Part shown: in pieces, positions 59,871-64,000 of the stretch
Position numbering within the stretch: position 1 is the first letter of the stretch
Layout of the letters: each line of letters opens with the position of its first letter
NCBI GenBank assembly: GCA_964016885.1
Contig: CAXHJY010000648.1
Location: forward strand, 1 to 64,000
Length of the DNA: 64,000 bases
Source: Eledone cirrhosa
Taxonomy: Eukaryota
Direction of reading: 5' to 3'
Program-made: the position numbers and the translations under genes
The notes under the pieces: generated by a model
Seen by the model: the letters and a program-made list of their open reading frames with translations, nothing else
What the model was told of the DNA's origin: nothing
Databases searched by the model: none

Positions 59871-61937
59871 TCATAATAACAAACACAAAATAAACAAAAT
59901 GCGTCTATGATTATCACTAACTGTCTCATAAATCTAAAAGAACCAAATATTTCATTGCGTAACATTTCCGTGATCATATTTCTAATGCTATTTTGCTATT
60001 TTAATTAATTAATGAAGAATTATGACGGATTTACTAAAAATATTAATCTTTTAATAATTAAGAAGGCATTTGTAACCTAACGTAACGAAAGGTTATTTTA
60101 TAAAATCTTGTTGGAAGATTTTCATTTAAATAGGAATCATTTACGTAATTGAACCCGAATCGATGCGACGTGGTTGCAAAAGCGAACTCCTTAACTACAC
60201 CACTAAATCTTGCGCCTATGTACATGAGAAAAGAAAAGGGATATACTTCACTTATGACATGCTTGCTTTACAAATGCCTCCTTTTGCTATTACTTGCCTT
60301 CCAACGAACGGAAAGCACGTAATGCAACTGTTGACAAGGCTGCATTGGGACACTATCTTCAGTTCCTTTAGCAAATATATTGAAGCTCTCATGGATTTAC
60401 AAATGTAGACTTAGTATTTACTCTATGCCTTAGGGAAATATTCACTTACGAAAAGCTTATTTTCGGCAATCATTTTTAATTACGTTCTTCTATATATTAT
60501 GTTTTATATCCTTCACTTTCTCGATGGAGTTTCACCTTCTATTCTGTTTTCTTAAATAGTTCTGTCATACGAACAATAATAGTTAACTGACACTAAACCC
60601 CAATTTCCACAAACTGATTATTCTTTATCATGATCATCGAAGTCAATTTTACCAAACTTTGTTAACGTTCTCGTGTCTCAAACGTATTATATAAAGGTTA
60701 TTATGCAATTTAGCCATTTCTATGTGATAGATATATAAAACAGAAAGCCTATTGAGCGGAGGAAAGAAATTACGCTAGCTCTTGTGAATATCATGACATT
60801 ATAGTATATATTAAGCAATCAATGAAATGAATAGCACGCACATGCGCACACTGACGCACATAGGCATATGTCCAGACATACATATATGTACACATTTGAA
60901 CACATCATTATATGTAAGGTTATTTCTATATATCTATACCACTAACGCTTTCTCTCTCTCTCTCGCTCTCTCTATGTGCGTGTGTGTTTTAGTACCTGAA
61001 AGAATAACTGCTAAATTCAGAATGTAGTAACTCTTTTTCAATGCTGAATGGATATCTACGTTGATTGTGTGTATAGCATTTTATGCTAAATCCTTTATAT
61101 GGGGGACCTGTTTAGAGAGATCTATTATATAACGTTTTAATGATTTCAGTCGTTACTTAACACGCATACCAACATAGCTACGTATATACGTGTGTGTGTA
61201 CACATATACATATATTTACATATAAGCATTCATTTATATTCCTGCACTATATAAATACAGGCATACCCAAGCACAATCTTATACATATATATATATATGA
61301 GAGAAAGAGAGAGAGAGAGAGATAGTTCGGCCTCCATCCTAAGCTACCGAGATGACTAGCTCTGCACAATATATATATACACATACATATATATATATAT
61401 ATATGTGTGTGTGTGCATATATATAATACTATTTTAATCAAATGCTATATATCTAGTAGATGTCACATTAGTATATTTTTTATATCCTTCCTTAGCTTAT
61501 CCAGTAACCAATATTTTAATACATATTTTAAGTATTAGTTCTTTTCGCACGTTCTTATTTCTTCTCGTCTGTTCTGTCATATAGAGTGTATATTGTTAAA
61601 TTGAGTATGTCGTCAGCTAATTTACAGACGACATTTTTTCAAATTTTAGGTATATAAATACATTTCTTCTTAAATAAACGTTATTTAAAATGAAATGGCT
61701 AAAAAACATACACGAAAGATCAATTCAGTTTTTATTTCATATATTTTATTTTAGATTATTTCTTTTGATAAACCATATTTTGTTGTGCTAAAATCAGAGC
61801 CATCTCCACTGAGGATATACATACTTTGAAATACTAATTGAACAGCCACCTTTCGTCATTCTGAACGTAGAAAAAGCAATGAAGCTCTCATTAGTTCATC
61901 GAAAATCTATAACCAATGGCGCTTCTGCTCATAAATG

Positions 61938-61997
<60 letters not shown>

Positions 61998-63326
61998 GCG
62001 TGTGAGTGTGTTTCATCCTCTACTTTTACATACACACACACCTACATATATAGATATATATATATGTACATACACACACACATACACACATATATATATA
62101 TAAATAAAGAATGAAACGGCATTACTAATTGAAACACAACTGCTTTTTTTTCAATTCAAAGAATATATACTTATTTTACTCACACATAATCATATATATT
62201 TATTTTAAAATTTAATGCATTCTATAATAGAATTTTATTTAACCAATATCGCACATCTGTGTGTTGATATTTGATATTTTGTGTTCACAATATGACTGGA
62301 ATATCATTTTACATATCACCTTTATAAAGTACTCACCATTTTCCGTTTCCATATCACTCTTTATATATATATAAGGGCTCCAAACGACTTAAAGAAATTT
62401 ACCATATATATATATATATATATATATACTATGTGTCCTAGCTTGTGATGGATGTAAGGTCTAGAAACGTTGTAGCTTGTGCTTGTCTCCTTTTACGTGC
62501 ATCACCTTCGCAATTCATCCAATAGTGATCGATACAATAACTATCAGACTGAAATAATTACCATAGTTGTTATTGTTTAATTCCTTGAATACAGTGCTCC
62601 AGCATAGCCGCAGTCCAATGAATGAAACTGTGAAAAAAAGAGTACAAAAGTGCAACGTTATCCTTTAATCCATGTTTCACTCCCTACCTAACAACATAAA
62701 CATGAATTTCATTGCATTTTATATGCGTAAACCCAGATTATCTTTGATGTAACGCTTTCTTCTGTCTAACAACCTTTAGAATAATAGGCGTTTAGTCGCA
62801 CAAAAATCAGAAATTGTATCATTATCATAGATACATAACAAACGTGTTTCAATAAATACAATCACATACACATTCACAGACACGTAGTAACTTGTTATTT
62901 TATGTGTAATGATTGTGCTGTGGGTTTATATTATGTGGCTGTTACATTATCCACGTTATATAACTATAATACTTTCAATTCGGCCCATGGCGAGTAGATA
63001 ATTTTACAATTTTAGTAAACATATCCACTTTACCATATAAAAATAAAACAAAGCATTCATTTAGAACAATTTTCAATGTAATTTTCAGCAATTATAAAAA
63101 TCTATTCAAAACCTTCTCATATACTCATAAAACATCTCTTTGATGTTTTACGCCTAATGCTATAGCAGCATTGTTTCTATATTCAAGGAAAATAGTTTGC
63201 TATAAACACAATACATTTTCTATGTGTAGAAATCAATAGATACTGTGAAACATATCAAACCAAATATTACAAATCTATTGTACATTTGCAGTCGTTTAAC
63301 ACTTTTACGAAGATGTATTTATTCAC

Positions 63327-63439
63327 CTCTGTAACACATTCCCGGCCTAGCAGCTCCACGATTGTATTTAGTTTCACGGTTTCGGTCGGTTTCTTTTCAA
63401 CGAGAAAAGAAACTCGAGCTTTAACAATGTTTTTATCCT
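63327..63439 (-). CDS. Candidate isolated internal exon (113 bp) of an unidentified gene
   Basis: Pyrimidine-rich acceptor (...cttccttcatttgaaactctcAG), open frame DKNIVKARVSFLVEKKPTETVKLNTIVELLGRECVTE, donor GAG|GTGAAT. No homology recognised. Confidence 0.3.
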
Positions 63440-63758
63440 CTGAGAGTTTCAAATGAAGGAAGACGCAATTATTGGAACCAGTATATAAATGATTCTTTTA
63501 TCTCCTTAACAGTGAATGATTCTTTCGAAAGTTTATCAAAGGGTTTATGTTGCACTTTCACAGTGAGATTAACATCGATCTATTGAGAATTTACTTCCAG
63601 CATTTCAGTCATGTCTGTGTTTACCTTCTGTAAAATATGTGTTATATATGCGGAAGGATATATACGTTTTTAAGAATTAATCCTGAATTGTAGTTTTTCA
63701 CATAGCTTAACACTGCATACATTCATGTTTATACTTGCAACTGTTAAAATATTCCATC

Positions 63759-63791
<33 letters not shown>

Positions 63792-63868
63792 TAATATATA
63801 TATATAATATATATGTGTGTGTGTGTGTGTTTATATGTATATATAAATTATGTTGTGATTATTATTAT

Positions 63869-64000
63869 GGCGGTGGATTGGCAGTATCGGTAGAGGGTCT
63901 GACGCCAAGCTTTCCAGCATAGTTACGTCCCTTTACGATCTGAGTTCAAATCCCGCCGAGGTTGACTTTGCCTTTCATCCTTACGGGGTCGATAAAATAA
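63869..64000 (+). mobile_element. Meta-core-like SINE, intact 5' end, cut by the window edge
   Basis: ggcggtggattggcagtatcggtagag (A-box) ... gagttcaaatccc (B-box) ... gcctttcatccttacggggtcgataaaataa. Confidence 0.9.

Overview
AT-rich, microsatellite-saturated eukaryotic DNA, most likely octopus/cephalopod (inferred from its tRNA-SINE families). It is intronic or intergenic, with no confidently identifiable host gene. Almost all ORFs in the track are (TA)n/(CA)n/(CT)n artefacts. The only clear protein-coding sequence is a 5'-truncated, frameshifted Penelope-like retroelement (PLE; RT C-terminus with GLYRDDGL plus a GIY-YIG endonuclease, Naiad-like) at ~54.75-57.18 kb. The most striking signal is about a dozen short insertions in (TA)n tracts, from at least six sequence-unrelated families, that share one design with that PLE: (TA)n - inverted arm - direct arm - 65-100 nt unique tail - (TA)n. 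Most families carry a minimal type I hammerhead ribozyme motif. Almost all show a covarying RCTC...GAGY hairpin starting about 3-7 nt past the inversion breakpoint. One copy (~27.76-28.6 kb) is circularly permuted and reconstructs a ~420-nt retrozyme-like monomer. Also present: many Meta-core-like and CORE-like SINEs, RTE/L1 LINE relics, a MITE, fold-back duplications centred on (TA)n tracts, and multi-kb (TA)n fields.
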